DNA from: Obrimoposthia wandeli
Taxonomy: Eukaryota
Assembly (NCBI GenBank): GCA_977020255.1
Contig: CDROCS010000410.1
Location: 558,001-622,000, forward strand
DNA length: 64,000 bases
Direction: 5' to 3'
Shown: piece by piece, positions 40,389 through 50,104 of the stretch
Position numbering within the stretch: position 1 is the first letter of the stretch
Layout of the letters: every line of letters begins with the position of its first letter
Position numbers and translations under genes: made by a program
The notes under the pieces: generated by a model
Databases searched by the model: none
What the model was told of the DNA's origin: nothing
The model's input: only the letters and a program-made list of their open reading frames with translations

Positions 40389-41546
40389 ATGCGTAAACTC
40401 ATACATCAACTATTCGTTGGTTTTAGCTTATTGTTAATCAGTACATTTAGCCAAGCAGCAGATCTAGACTGGTCGGCTGTAGAACAAAAAGCCAAAGGAC
40501 AAACCGTATATTTTTATGCATGGGGTGGCAGTCCAGAAATCAATAACTACTTACGTTGGGCGGATAAACGTTTAAACAGTGAGTACGGCGTACGTCTTAA
40601 ACACGTTAAAGTCGGTGATATTGCCGAAGCAATCACCCGTTTAGCAGCAGAAAAAACAGCGAATAAGAACACCAACGGCAGTGTTGATATGGTTTGGGTG
40701 AATGGTGAAAACTTCAAATCAATGAAACGTTATGACCTTATTACAGATTCATTCGCCACGCAGTTACCCAACTGGCGCTATGTTGATAAGACCTTGCCTG
40801 TCGACAGTGATTTTTCAGAACCGACTCTCGGATTAGAAGCACCTTGGGGTGTCGGCCAACTTGTGTTCATTTATGACACTAAAAATTTAGCTAATCCACC
40901 AACAAGTTTTAACGAATTGCTGGCTTACGCAATTGCTCACCCAAATAAAATCAGTTACCCAAAACCACCCTCGTTTCACGGCACCAGCTTTTTAAAAGCA
41001 GCATTGTTAGAATTAGCCAGTGATAACACACCATTATATAAACCTGTAGATACTCAGACGTTCGCAGCTATATCAGCGCCGTTATGGGATTATCTCGACA
41101 AATTAAATACCGTCGCTTGGCATCAAGGTAAGCAATTCCCAGGTAGCGCATCTGAAACAATTCAACTACTCGATGATGGCGAACTCGATATTGCCATTTC
41201 GTTTAATCCCAATGAAGCGACCACATCACAGCAAAGTGGCAAGCTCAGCGACACCACGGTTGCTTATGCAATGAAAGCCGGTGCACTATCGAACATCCAT
41301 TTCCTTTCTATCCCTTGGAATGCCGCAGCAAAAGAAGGCGCGCTAGTGGCGATTAACTTCTTGTTAAGCCCAGAAGCACAGTCCCGCAAAGGTGATTTAT
41401 CGATTTGGGGCGACCCAACGGTATTAGCACCGCAGCACATCACAGGTTCAGCACAAAAAACCAAATTGTTTAAATCAATCCCAGAACCACACCCAAGTTG
41501 GCAAGCAGCACTTGAAGCTGAATGGCAAAAACGCTACGGACACTAG
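40389..41546 (+). CDS. ynjB: ABC transporter substrate-binding protein YnjB
   Basis: FYAWGG, VDMVWVNGENF, LEAPWG, YPKPP.FHG. Confidence 0.88.
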   Translation: MRKLIHQLFVGFSLLLISTFSQAADLDWSAVEQKAKGQTVYFYAWGGSPEINNYLRWADKRLNSEYGVRLKHVKVGDIAEAITRLAAEKTANKNTNGSVDMVWVNGENFKSMKRYDLITDSFATQLPNWRYVDKTLPVDSDFSEPTLGLEAPWGVGQLVFIYDTKNLANPPTSFNELLAYAIAHPNKISYPKPPSFHGTSFLKAALLELASDNTPLYKPVDTQTFAAISAPLWDYLDKLNTVAWHQGKQFPGSASETIQLLDDGELDIAISFNPNEATTSQQSGKLSDTTVAYAMKAGALSNIHFLSIPWNAAAKEGALVAINFLLSPEAQSRKGDLSIWGDPTVLAPQHITGSAQKTKLFKSIPEPHPSWQAALEAEWQKRYGH

Positions 41547-41559
41547 CTACGGACCTTAA

Positions 41560-43350
41560 TTGAACGCTTTATTAAAATCAGTAAGCAACCAGTCGATCGC
41601 ATCAATCACCTTTAAAGTGATTGTGCTGCTGACGGTTATTATCAGTTTTTTACCTTTATTGCCTGGGCTGGTTGGATTAATTTTTGCCGCCTTTGGTTAT
41701 ATCCCTGCGATTGATCAATACACATTTTCATTTACTGGTTTTAATGCCCTGCTTGCTTGGCCGGGATTAAACCAATCAATCATGCTGACTTTATTTGTTA
41801 GTATTGCCAGTACGTTATTGTCTGCACTCTGTTGTTTCGCGATTTTACAGTCCTGCTGGCATAGCCGATGGTGGAAAAAAATAGAAACCCTGTTAGCGCC
41901 TATCATGGCACTGCCGCATGTTGCGTTTGCGGTCGGTTTTGCATTCCTATTTACCCCTAGTGGCTTTATTGCTCGAGTGTTTGGTGAGCAAATAAATTGG
42001 CAATTAATTCATGATCAATATGGGTTTGGCCTCATCGTTGCGCTAACACTGAAAGAAATCCCCTTTCTACTGTTCATGAGTATTCCATTGCTCAAGCAAT
42101 TAAACATTAATACCACGCTAATCACGGCGCAGAGCTTGGGTTATAACAACGCCCAAGCATGGCAAAAAATCATCTTGCCGCAATGGTTACCTAAGATCCG
42201 TTTTTCATTGTTTGCCGTGATGGCGTATAGCATTTCAGTAGTGGATGTAGCCCTGATCATTGGCCCAACCCAACCGCCGACATTGGCTGTATTAGTATGG
42301 CAATGGCTCAATGATGCCGATCTTGCCACGCTGCCTAAAGCCTCTGCAGGTGCCTTACTATTATTATTGCTGTGTTTAATCACCTTGTTTAGTATCCGTT
42401 TAGCAGAATGGTTAATTACGGTAAAGTGTAAGACTTGGCAGTCAAATGGGCGCTATTCGCTGCCAATTGGTGGTAAAGTCATTATTACCGTCACTTATCT
42501 CATCGCCCTTATCACTTTACCTATTCTATTAATCTGGTCGTTTGCACAACGCTGGCGATTCCCAGATATAACCCCTTCTCGTTGGTCACTGCGGTTTTGG
42601 CAACAAGAATGGTATTACTTACTCGATATTATCGCCAATAGCATGATGATCGCGTTAGTTAGCGCCACAATTGCCTTAATATTTGCAATTATTGTGCATG
42701 AGCATAGCGCTAAAGCCGAAATCAATAAACAAGGGTTAAAAGTACCAAGATTGTTAATTGCGATCCCGATGCTGGCCCCGCAGTTGTCATTATTATTTGG
42801 CATTCAAGTAGCAACGTTATACATAGCAAATCAGTACTATTATTTGTGGGTGATCTGGGCACATACCTTCTTTGCTTTTCCTTATATTTTCCTTGCTCTG
42901 GATGGGCCATGGCGCAGTTATGATCGACGTTTAGATAATGTTGCGCTGAGTTTGGGCATGTCACCGCTTAAAACTTGGTGGCAGATAAAACGGCCATTAT
43001 TACTCCCGGCTATTTGGATAGCTTGGGCTGTGGGCATCAGTGTCAGCTTGGCGCAATATCTACCGACATTAATGCTCGGTGCAGGGCGTATCTCAACCTT
43101 AACGACCGAGGCAGTCGCGCTATCGAGTGGACAAGATCGTCGAGTAAGCGCTATTTATGCGTTATTACAATCCATTACACCCTTCATATTTTATATTATT
43201 GCGATAGTGGCAAGTCGTAAAACAGGCTCACTCGAACAACGAAGTGCTGGCGCTAATCATCATGCCTATACGGCTACGTCAGCACCGACCTCGTCATCGT
43301 CATCAACAAATAACAGAGTAACGACACGCAATGTCTCTATCAGTAAATAA
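41560..43350 (+). CDS. ynjC: ABC transporter permease YnjC (fused double domain)
   Basis: LPHVAFAVG, KEIPF, GPTQPPTL, QYLPTL..GAGR..TLTTEAV. Confidence 0.86.
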   Translation: MNALLKSVSNQSIASITFKVIVLLTVIISFLPLLPGLVGLIFAAFGYIPAIDQYTFSFTGFNALLAWPGLNQSIMLTLFVSIASTLLSALCCFAILQSCWHSRWWKKIETLLAPIMALPHVAFAVGFAFLFTPSGFIARVFGEQINWQLIHDQYGFGLIVALTLKEIPFLLFMSIPLLKQLNINTTLITAQSLGYNNAQAWQKIILPQWLPKIRFSLFAVMAYSISVVDVALIIGPTQPPTLAVLVWQWLNDADLATLPKASAGALLLLLLCLITLFSIRLAEWLITVKCKTWQSNGRYSLPIGGKVIITVTYLIALITLPILLIWSFAQRWRFPDITPSRWSLRFWQQEWYYLLDIIANSMMIALVSATIALIFAIIVHEHSAKAEINKQGLKVPRLLIAIPMLAPQLSLLFGIQVATLYIANQYYYLWVIWAHTFFAFPYIFLALDGPWRSYDRRLDNVALSLGMSPLKTWWQIKRPLLLPAIWIAWAVGISVSLAQYLPTLMLGAGRISTLTTEAVALSSGQDRRVSAIYALLQSITPFIFYIIAIVASRKTGSLEQRSAGANHHAYTATSAPTSSSSSTNNRVTTRNVSISK

Positions 43351-43984
43351 CCTCAGTATTCTTGATAATAACCAGCAAGCTTTGTTTGCACCGATCTCGT
43401 TTACTGTGAAACCCGGTGAAATATTAACGTTAATGGGGCCGAGTGGCTGCGGGAAATCGAGCTTGTTAAGCGCTATCGCGGGGCATAAGTCCGCTGATTT
43501 TAGCTATCAAGGTGAATGCTATTATCAACAGCTATTATTAAATGAGCTGCCAGCCGATAAACGCAACGTAGGCATCTTATTTCAAGATGATTTATTATTC
43601 CCGCATTTAAATATTTGGCAAAATTTGGCGATTGCATTACCGAACAAAATCAAAAAGTCGCAACGTAAAGCGCAAGCACTGCAAACACTGGCAGAGATCA
43701 GTCTTGTTGAATTGGCAGATAAATCGCCCATGCAAATATCTGGCGGCCAACGTGCTCGAATTAGTATGATGCGCATGTTACTTGCAGAACCTGCAGTGGT
43801 GTTACTCGATGAACCATTCAGCAAGTTAGATAAATCATTACGCAGCGAATTTAGGAATTGGGTGTTTGCCCAAACAGTTAGCAGAAAACTGCCCGTATTA
43901 ATGGTGACACATGACGTTGACGATGTCCCTAGCGGCAGTAAATGCCTACACTGGCCTTGGAATAAGGAGACTCAAGATGCTTGA
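43331..43984 (+). CDS. ynjD: ABC transporter ATP-binding protein YnjD
   Basis: GPSGCGKS, ISGGQRARI, LLDEPF, VTHD. Confidence 0.9.
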   Translation: MSLSVNNLSILDNNQQALFAPISFTVKPGEILTLMGPSGCGKSSLLSAIAGHKSADFSYQGECYYQQLLLNELPADKRNVGILFQDDLLFPHLNIWQNLAIALPNKIKKSQRKAQALQTLAEISLVELADKSPMQISGGQRARISMMRMLLAEPAVVLLDEPFSKLDKSLRSEFRNWVFAQTVSRKLPVLMVTHDVDDVPSGSKCLHWPWNKETQDA

Positions 43985-44603
43985 TCGTTATGCGATTAAA
44001 ATTATCCGTTGGCCAATCAATACTACGGCCAAGCTAGTACATAAAACCGGTATAAAAGCCGATCAAGTCACCTTGTTAGGCTTTGTTATTGGCTTGATGT
44101 GCTTTCCCGCATTAGCACTGCAAGAATACAACATAGCCTTGGCATTTATCGTTTCAAATCGCATACTTGACGCGATAGATGGTGCTGTCGCACGTATACA
44201 GGGAATTAGTGATAGTGGTGGGTTCTTAGATATAACCTTGGATTTTCTGTTTTATTCATTGGTGCCGTTTGGCTTTGTGGTGGCCGACCCTAGCGCCAAT
44301 GCGGTTGCGGGTGCATTTTTGATTTTCGCGTTTATTGGCACAGGCACCAGCTTTTTAGCCTTTGCTATCATGGCGAGTAAGCAAAACATTGAAAACCCAG
44401 TTTATAAAAATAAATCTATGTACTACATAGGCGGACTGACCGAGGGTACTGAAACAATCTTCTGCTTTATTTTATTGTGCTTATTACCACAATACTTTGC
44501 CATCATTGCCTACACATTCGCCGCACTATGCTGGATCACGACAGCGACACGTATTTGGGCTGGTTATCACACCCTAAAAACAGCTAATAATGAGCATGCT
44601 TAG
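43977..44603 (+). CDS. ynjF: CDP-alcohol phosphatidyltransferase family protein YnjF
   Basis: DAIDGAVAR-x8-GGFLDITLD motif; ATG at 43977 with an AAGGAGA SD. Confidence 0.9.
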   Translation: MLDRYAIKIIRWPINTTAKLVHKTGIKADQVTLLGFVIGLMCFPALALQEYNIALAFIVSNRILDAIDGAVARIQGISDSGGFLDITLDFLFYSLVPFGFVVADPSANAVAGAFLIFAFIGTGTSFLAFAIMASKQNIENPVYKNKSMYYIGGLTEGTETIFCFILLCLLPQYFAIIAYTFAALCWITTATRIWAGYHTLKTANNEHA

Positions 44604-44637
44604 TCAAAGATAGATCGTTGAATGATCGTTGAATCAA

Positions 44638-46371
44638 TCACAGGGGCTGGTTTAAGCGCTTGCCCCAATGATTTAACATTTTTTCCAAGTCTTTTAATTG
44701 ATAGGGTTTATTGACAATATCATCCATGCCACAAGCCAAGCACTCTTCACGCTCAATATTTGTTGTCCCCGCAGTTAATGCAATAATAGGTTTCGTATAT
44801 CCCTGTTGTCGTAATGTCCTTGTCGCTTCTAAACCATCCATGATAGGCATGCGACAGTCCATTAAAATAATATCAACAGTATGATCTTCCAGATAGCTAA
44901 GCGCCTCTTTACCATTATTCTGGATATCACAATTCAACCCTAATTTTTTCAGCATCATTTCAATAACTACTTGATTCATCTTAATATCTTCAACGACAAG
45001 CAGGCTTAACTCATGAATTGGGTAATCAATTTCGTCTTCAACTTGTACCGATTTCTCTTGTTGAACAGATATAGGTAAAGGCAATCGCACTTTAAATTCA
45101 GAACCTTTATCTACTTCACTCGTTAGCAACAATTCACCCTGCATTTCTTTAATTAAATGCAAACAAATTGATAGCCCTAACCCTGTGCCTTCGTGTTTTC
45201 GATTACTGGAATTATCAACCTGTACAAAGGGTTCAAATAGATTGCTTTGCTTATCTAGAGGAATGCCACAGCCCGTATCGACGATATTAAATACCAGCTG
45301 TTCGTTTTCCCACAAAAAATAGACCGAGACTTTGCCTTCACTGGTAAATTTCATCGCATTGCCAATCAAATTGACTAATATTTGCTTTATACGCTCTGCA
45401 TCCCCGAGTAACTCAGGCGGGATCTGTTTGGAAAAAAACAGTTCAAACGCTAAGCCTTTCTCTTCAGCTCGAATAGAAAAGATATCCTCAATAACGCGAC
45501 TAATACTAACTACGTCAAAAGGTTTTATCTGCAGTTCCAACATACCCGCACTCATTTTACTAAAATCTAATAAATCATTAATAATAACCCGTAATAACTC
45601 ACCAGACTGATGGATAGTAGTCAGCAGTCTTGCTTGCTGCTTATCAATCTGAGTATCCCCCATTAAATCTGCTGAACCAAGCAAGCCATTTAATGGTGTG
45701 CGTAATTCATGGTTAATCATCGCGACAAAATCACGGGTCGACTTTTCTGAGTTTTCTGCGCGATGCATTTCTAAAATAGTTCGGTCGAGTAAGTATTTAC
45801 GTTGGTAGGCGACACTGATCATGTCTGAAAATAATGACAATTGTTTTTCAATCGTTTGCTGCCATTCTAGCTTAGTGTCAAGCGCAACAGATAACACACC
45901 CAGTTGCGAATCTTCACCATTAATAATAATGTGTAGATGCCGATTATCACCACTCCAATAACAAGATAAATTATGTTTAATTGGTTCTTGCCATCGCGTC
46001 CACATTCCAGCGTGTAACATCGTAATACTATCAATATCATCAATGGATTGGATTTTTAATTGCACGGCAGTGATAGTATCAATATGCGATATATTATTTA
46101 ACAGTCGTTGTAATAGCGTGGCAGATACTGAATTTTTAAGGAATAACTGACTGAAGTCGAGAAGAATAGAGTCGAGGTAAGTTTTAAAGGTCAACAATGC
46201 CATATCTTGTTCGGCTTGTTGCTGCACGTGAACGAGTGTGTCTTCAACCATTTTTTTAGCCAAAAAAAGCTCATTACTTTTATATTCAAGTAATTGTTCT
46301 GCCGCCTTTCGCGAAGCTTTTTCACGCGCAATTTTCTTCTGTAATAAAACAACTTGCTGCTCTAAATCCAT
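44638..46371 (-). CDS. Soluble hybrid histidine kinase (HisKA-HATPase-REC), H-NOX partner, HqsK-like
   Basis: N-terminal coiled coil, MINHELRTPLNG, NLIGNAMKF, GTGLGL, receiver LMDCRMP; no TM segment. Confidence 0.9.
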   Translation of the reverse strand: MDLEQQVVLLQKKIAREKASRKAAEQLLEYKSNELFLAKKMVEDTLVHVQQQAEQDMALLTFKTYLDSILLDFSQLFLKNSVSATLLQRLLNNISHIDTITAVQLKIQSIDDIDSITMLHAGMWTRWQEPIKHNLSCYWSGDNRHLHIIINGEDSQLGVLSVALDTKLEWQQTIEKQLSLFSDMISVAYQRKYLLDRTILEMHRAENSEKSTRDFVAMINHELRTPLNGLLGSADLMGDTQIDKQQARLLTTIHQSGELLRVIINDLLDFSKMSAGMLELQIKPFDVVSISRVIEDIFSIRAEEKGLAFELFFSKQIPPELLGDAERIKQILVNLIGNAMKFTSEGKVSVYFLWENEQLVFNIVDTGCGIPLDKQSNLFEPFVQVDNSSNRKHEGTGLGLSICLHLIKEMQGELLLTSEVDKGSEFKVRLPLPISVQQEKSVQVEDEIDYPIHELSLLVVEDIKMNQVVIEMMLKKLGLNCDIQNNGKEALSYLEDHTVDIILMDCRMPIMDGLEATRTLRQQGYTKPIIALTAGTTNIEREECLACGMDDIVNKPYQLKDLEKMLNHWGKRLNQPL

Positions 46372-46415
46372 TTGTTAACTCCAACCATCAAATATCGATT
46401 GATAGGCTATGTTGA

Positions 46416-46949
46416 TTACAGATAGCGTAACGTGAATCGTACTTCTGATTGATCTTGTTGTAATGGTTCCATCTTAATGTCGACTTGCTGATTAAAATGT
46501 TTGCTACAACCTTTGATTAAACCGAAACAAACATGCGACATACAGCGAGCTGAAATGTAATCCATGACCATTTCCATTTCAGTCACAGAAATAAATTTAA
46601 ACATGGGAGGTTTAGAGTCTGGGTACAACTTTTTCACTTCAATATGAATGTAATCTTCCACCTTCTGGATAAAATCAAAGGTCGATACCGCTTTGCCCTC
46701 TAGTCCAGGCATGCTGTTATAGAGAGTCTTAAATACAGATTCACCATACACGGCTTGTAAGTCTTCAGGCGAAATACCGGTCAACTTACTTAATGCCATG
46801 ATTAGCTTTATCAACGCTTTATGATCATAAGTACCGACAGTAGTATAAACGCCTTCGTCACCGCTATCGTCGAGCATGTCCTGACAAACGGCTAGACCAA
46901 ACTTGTCTTCCACTAGCTCTAAAAATTCAGAAAAGATTATCCCTTTCAT
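46416..46949 (-). CDS. H-NOX heme-NO binding protein
   Basis: MKGIIF, proximal His in IHIEVKKLYP, YxSxR (YISAR). Confidence 0.9.
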   Translation of the reverse strand: MKGIIFSEFLELVEDKFGLAVCQDMLDDSGDEGVYTTVGTYDHKALIKLIMALSKLTGISPEDLQAVYGESVFKTLYNSMPGLEGKAVSTFDFIQKVEDYIHIEVKKLYPDSKPPMFKFISVTEMEMVMDYISARCMSHVCFGLIKGCSKHFNQQVDIKMEPLQQDQSEVRFTLRYL

Positions 46950-47070
46950 TTCTGCTACTCACTTATTTATAAGATACCTTTAAATATAGTGATCTTTTTG
47001 TTAAACAGCTAAAAATGAAAGTAAAGTTGTGAGCCATAAGAACTAAATATGAGCAATTAAATATGTGCGA

Positions 47071-47499
47071 TTAAACATCAGCAACTAACTTTTTCAACAA
47101 GTTAATTATCTGTTTTTGCTCTTGCGCATCTAACGAGCTTAATAAATCCTTATTAATCGCCATCGGGATCGGCAGTAATGTTTCTTTTAAGTCTCTGCCT
47201 GCGTCAGTGAGGTAAATACGAAAAGAGCGACGACTATTTGGATCATTACGACGTTCTACCAGTTCTAAAGCCACTAATTTATCAAGCGTTCGTGTCGTAG
47301 TTGAACTCTCGACTTTAGATTTCAAGGCTATTTCACGTTGAGTAACCCCCTCCTCTTCCCATAAACACATCAGCGTAGGCCACAATGCTAACGATAGTCC
47401 GTGTTTTTTTAACTCCGCATCAAAGTCTTTAGACGCCTTATTGGCAACGACATTGAGTAACCAGCCAAAGCTATTCTGACGATCAAATTTTGTTTCCAT
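47071..47499 (-). CDS. MarR-family regulator
   Basis: wHTH TRTLDKL...ELVER..DPNSRRS..IYLT.AG; ATG at 47499 preferred. Confidence 0.93.
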   Translation of the reverse strand: METKFDRQNSFGWLLNVVANKASKDFDAELKKHGLSLALWPTLMCLWEEEGVTQREIALKSKVESSTTTRTLDKLVALELVERRNDPNSRRSFRIYLTDAGRDLKETLLPIPMAINKDLLSSLDAQEQKQIINLLKKLVADV

Positions 47500-47535
47500 T
47501 TTGTACCTAATATAATGATGAAAGCGCAGCACTAA

Positions 47536-48228
47536 CTATGAACGCATAACTATTGCCATGGTAACTAATACCGCGGCAATAAGCACCAATAAGGCTTTTA
47601 AATTTGAGCCAAAATACAAAGGTACTTTCATACTCACGCCCACAGACTTGGCTTGATAACCTATGATCATCGCCAATACTAGCGGTTTGTTAGCGAGCTT
47701 ATAACCAATAATAGCGGCAACATGAATAGATACAAGAGCAGGTAATACATAAAAAAGTACATTATGAACAAGGTAAAAAATATCATAAAATTCATCCGTT
47801 AACCAAACTTCAGCCGATGGTAAATTATCAGCAAAGCCAGCAATCACTAACCCGGATATACACTGTAATAATAAACACAGTAATAGGCTTATAACCATCC
47901 AACCACCAGCAGGGTTATGCCCTGCCTTCACTATTTTTTTCCCGCGTATACAGTGATCTCGTACGTCTTGTTCTTGTGGAAGGGGGCCTCGCAAAAATAA
48001 CCCTCGAAGATATTGTAACAGCACGCTTGGTGAACAAATAAACTGTCTAAATCGGCTAGTGTCGCTACCTATAACACCCCAGATTAACCGCCAAATAAGT
48101 AATGTAAGTAACCCCAAACCGAGTTGTACATGCGGCCCTTCGCCATTATAGCCAGTAACAATGAGAGCCATAAATAACCCTGCTTGTAGCCAATGATATA
48201 AGCGTGTTGGTAGATCCCATATTTTCAT
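47536..48228 (-). CDS. Di-heme cytochrome b (cytochrome b/b6 or Ni-hydrogenase b-type family)
   Basis: WDLPTRLYHW, GHNPAGG, LVH...IHVAAI; ATG at 48228 with an AGAGG SD. The Cys-rich extension in the ORF track is probably not translated. Confidence 0.88.
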   Translation of the reverse strand: MKIWDLPTRLYHWLQAGLFMALIVTGYNGEGPHVQLGLGLLTLLIWRLIWGVIGSDTSRFRQFICSPSVLLQYLRGLFLRGPLPQEQDVRDHCIRGKKIVKAGHNPAGGWMVISLLLCLLLQCISGLVIAGFADNLPSAEVWLTDEFYDIFYLVHNVLFYVLPALVSIHVAAIIGYKLANKPLVLAMIIGYQAKSVGVSMKVPLYFGSNLKALLVLIAAVLVTMAIVMRS

Positions 48229-48291
48229 GTTTAAACCTCTCGATAATTTAAATAGATACATTCCAAAGAGACAACAATTTACAACAAAACA

Positions 48292-48320
48292 GTTGCAAGA
48301 GCAACAGTTGCAGTGTAACT
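48292..48320. promoter_or_regulatory. Two adjacent palindromes, candidate MarR operator
   Basis: GTTGC-AAGA-GCAAC (48292-48305) and AGTTGCA-G-TGTAACT (48306-48320) in the divergent cytochrome b / cytochrome c-prime promoter region. Confidence 0.5.
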
Positions 48321-48377
48321 TAATATGCAAATACACAGACACCACCAAAACATTCAATTAGGAATTAGGGATAAACA

Positions 48378-48857
48378 ATGTCAATGTCACGATTACGTCC
48401 AAGCGCATTATTACGACCGCTATCAATCCTCTTCAGCTTGGCTATCACCTCGGTTGCAGCCGCTGAAAGCACGTTGAGCACATCATTAACAGACGATGTG
48501 GAACAACGCCAAACGGCATTTTCACAAATTGAAAAACAACAAAAACAGATAGATAAAGCTTTAGGTAAGTCAGTACCAGACTGGCAACAGCTCGAAGCAG
48601 TAAGTGCAGAATTGACCGCTAACTCAGCATCACTACAGTCTTTATTCGTACCGGGAAGTCAGTTAGACAGCAAAGCTAAAGAGAAGGTATGGGATGACAA
48701 CATGAAGTTTAAAGCGGCATTAGCAAAAATGGATGCTAACTTCATCAAAATGAATACCGCCATCCAGCAAAAAGATAAAAACACCGCCGAAGAAGCATTA
48801 GAACAAGCGAACAATACTTGCCGTAATTGTCATCGTCAATATCGTTCTCGCTGGTAA
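48378..48857 (+). CDS. Periplasmic cytochrome c-prime (class II cytochrome c)
   Basis: Signal peptide; RQTAF, VWDDNMKF and C-terminal CRNCH heme motif. Confidence 0.9.
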   Translation: MSMSRLRPSALLRPLSILFSLAITSVAAAESTLSTSLTDDVEQRQTAFSQIEKQQKQIDKALGKSVPDWQQLEAVSAELTANSASLQSLFVPGSQLDSKAKEKVWDDNMKFKAALAKMDANFIKMNTAIQQKDKNTAEEALEQANNTCRNCHRQYRSRW

Positions 48858-48883
48858 TTCAATCACGTATTCTGGAGTTAAAT

Positions 48884-49345
48884 ATGAAAACTAAAACATT
48901 AAAAAACATACACAAAATAGCAGCGATATTGGCATTTTTATTCATCACCTCTTTTCTAACCAGCACCATTATTGCTGATATTTTCGCAACGCCTGCACAA
49001 ATAGCACAAGTGAAACAGACGATTCTATTGTGTATTCCTGGATTGATTTTGGCCATGATAGCCACAGGTAAATCAGCAAAAATATTGTATCCGAATACAA
49101 TGACGGGTGTATTTAAAATCAAGCAGCGTCGACTGAAAATAGCAGCTGTGAATGGCACACTCATTTTATTACCTGCCGCGTTAGTGTTAGCAAAATGGTC
49201 TGCATTAGGTCAATTTGATGACTTATATTGGACGGTTCAAATTGTTGAAATCATCGCAGGGGGAACAAATTTAACTATGATTGGTTTAAATATTCGAGAT
49301 GGGATACGTTTAGGTCGAAAGGCTAAAAAACACGGTGAAATATGA
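48884..49345 (+). CDS. Hypothetical 4-TM membrane protein
   Basis: ATG at 48884 with a GGAG SD; four hydrophobic segments. Confidence 0.75.
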   Translation: MKTKTLKNIHKIAAILAFLFITSFLTSTIIADIFATPAQIAQVKQTILLCIPGLILAMIATGKSAKILYPNTMTGVFKIKQRRLKIAAVNGTLILLPAALVLAKWSALGQFDDLYWTVQIVEIIAGGTNLTMIGLNIRDGIRLGRKAKKHGEI

Positions 49346-49396
49346 AGTTTTGAGGGGGTAGTTAGTAACTAGAAGATAACGAAAAGATGATATAAA

Positions 49397-49423
49397 AGTG
49401 CTCTAAAAATATAAGAGAGCACT
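49397..49423. terminator. Hairpin between convergent genes
   Basis: AGTGCTCT/AGAGCACT. Confidence 0.5.
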
Positions 49424-49492
49424 ATTTATCTATAATTATAATATCTAATTTTTTGCTGAGTACATCCAGTTAACCATCACAATATAAATTGA

Positions 49493-49927
49493 TTATCCCA
49501 ATAAATAAGGGCTGATAAATTCACTGACTTCTCGTTGGCAAACACCAATTTCCACATCAATACCCGCATCTGTTAACACTGTAATTCCCTTACCACTGTT
49601 ACGAGGATCAGGATCAAGCATTGCGACGACAACACGCTTAACATCAAGCCCAGCAAGTGTATGTGCGCAAGACGGCGTACGCCCTACAAACGAGCAAGGT
49701 TCTAACGTCACGTAGGCTGTAACATCTTCTAACGTGTGTGGATAGTTTGCGATTGCTTGGGCCTCGGCATGATGTTGGCCTGGCGCTTGCGTAAATCCTT
49801 CACTGACAATTTGGTTATTCTTGACTAACACGCAACCCACGGGTGGATTAGGTCGACAATTTGGTAGTGCCAATTTTGAAAGTGCTAATGCGCGCAGCAT
49901 AAACCCTTCATCATTTATTAAATCCAA
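49493..49927 (-). CDS. Stand-alone RibD-type deaminase domain (no reductase domain)
   Basis: PNPPVGCV, HAE, VTLEPCS..GRTPSC, DPDPRNSGKG; stop after 144 aa. Confidence 0.88.
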   Translation of the reverse strand: MDLINDEGFMLRALALSKLALPNCRPNPPVGCVLVKNNQIVSEGFTQAPGQHHAEAQAIANYPHTLEDVTAYVTLEPCSFVGRTPSCAHTLAGLDVKRVVVAMLDPDPRNSGKGITVLTDAGIDVEIGVCQREVSEFISPYLLG

Positions 49928-50104
49928 AACTTATCCTTTTACCTGATATTCATGTCATGCAGCTGCATACATATTACAGATAACGACCATGCTGCCGCTA
50001 CACGTAATAATTTCGAACTACAGACTAATTCATAATGGTAATCGTTTTACCTGCAAAGGTCGAACAGTGTACAAAATTACAGCAGGTATACGAGGATGAA
50101 TCTG

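Noticed and set aside
48229-48357. Cys-rich N-terminal extension (HCNCCSCNC) on the cytochrome b ORF as a metal-binding domain
   Set aside because: It is a translation of the promoter palindromes upstream of the SD-supported ATG at 48228.
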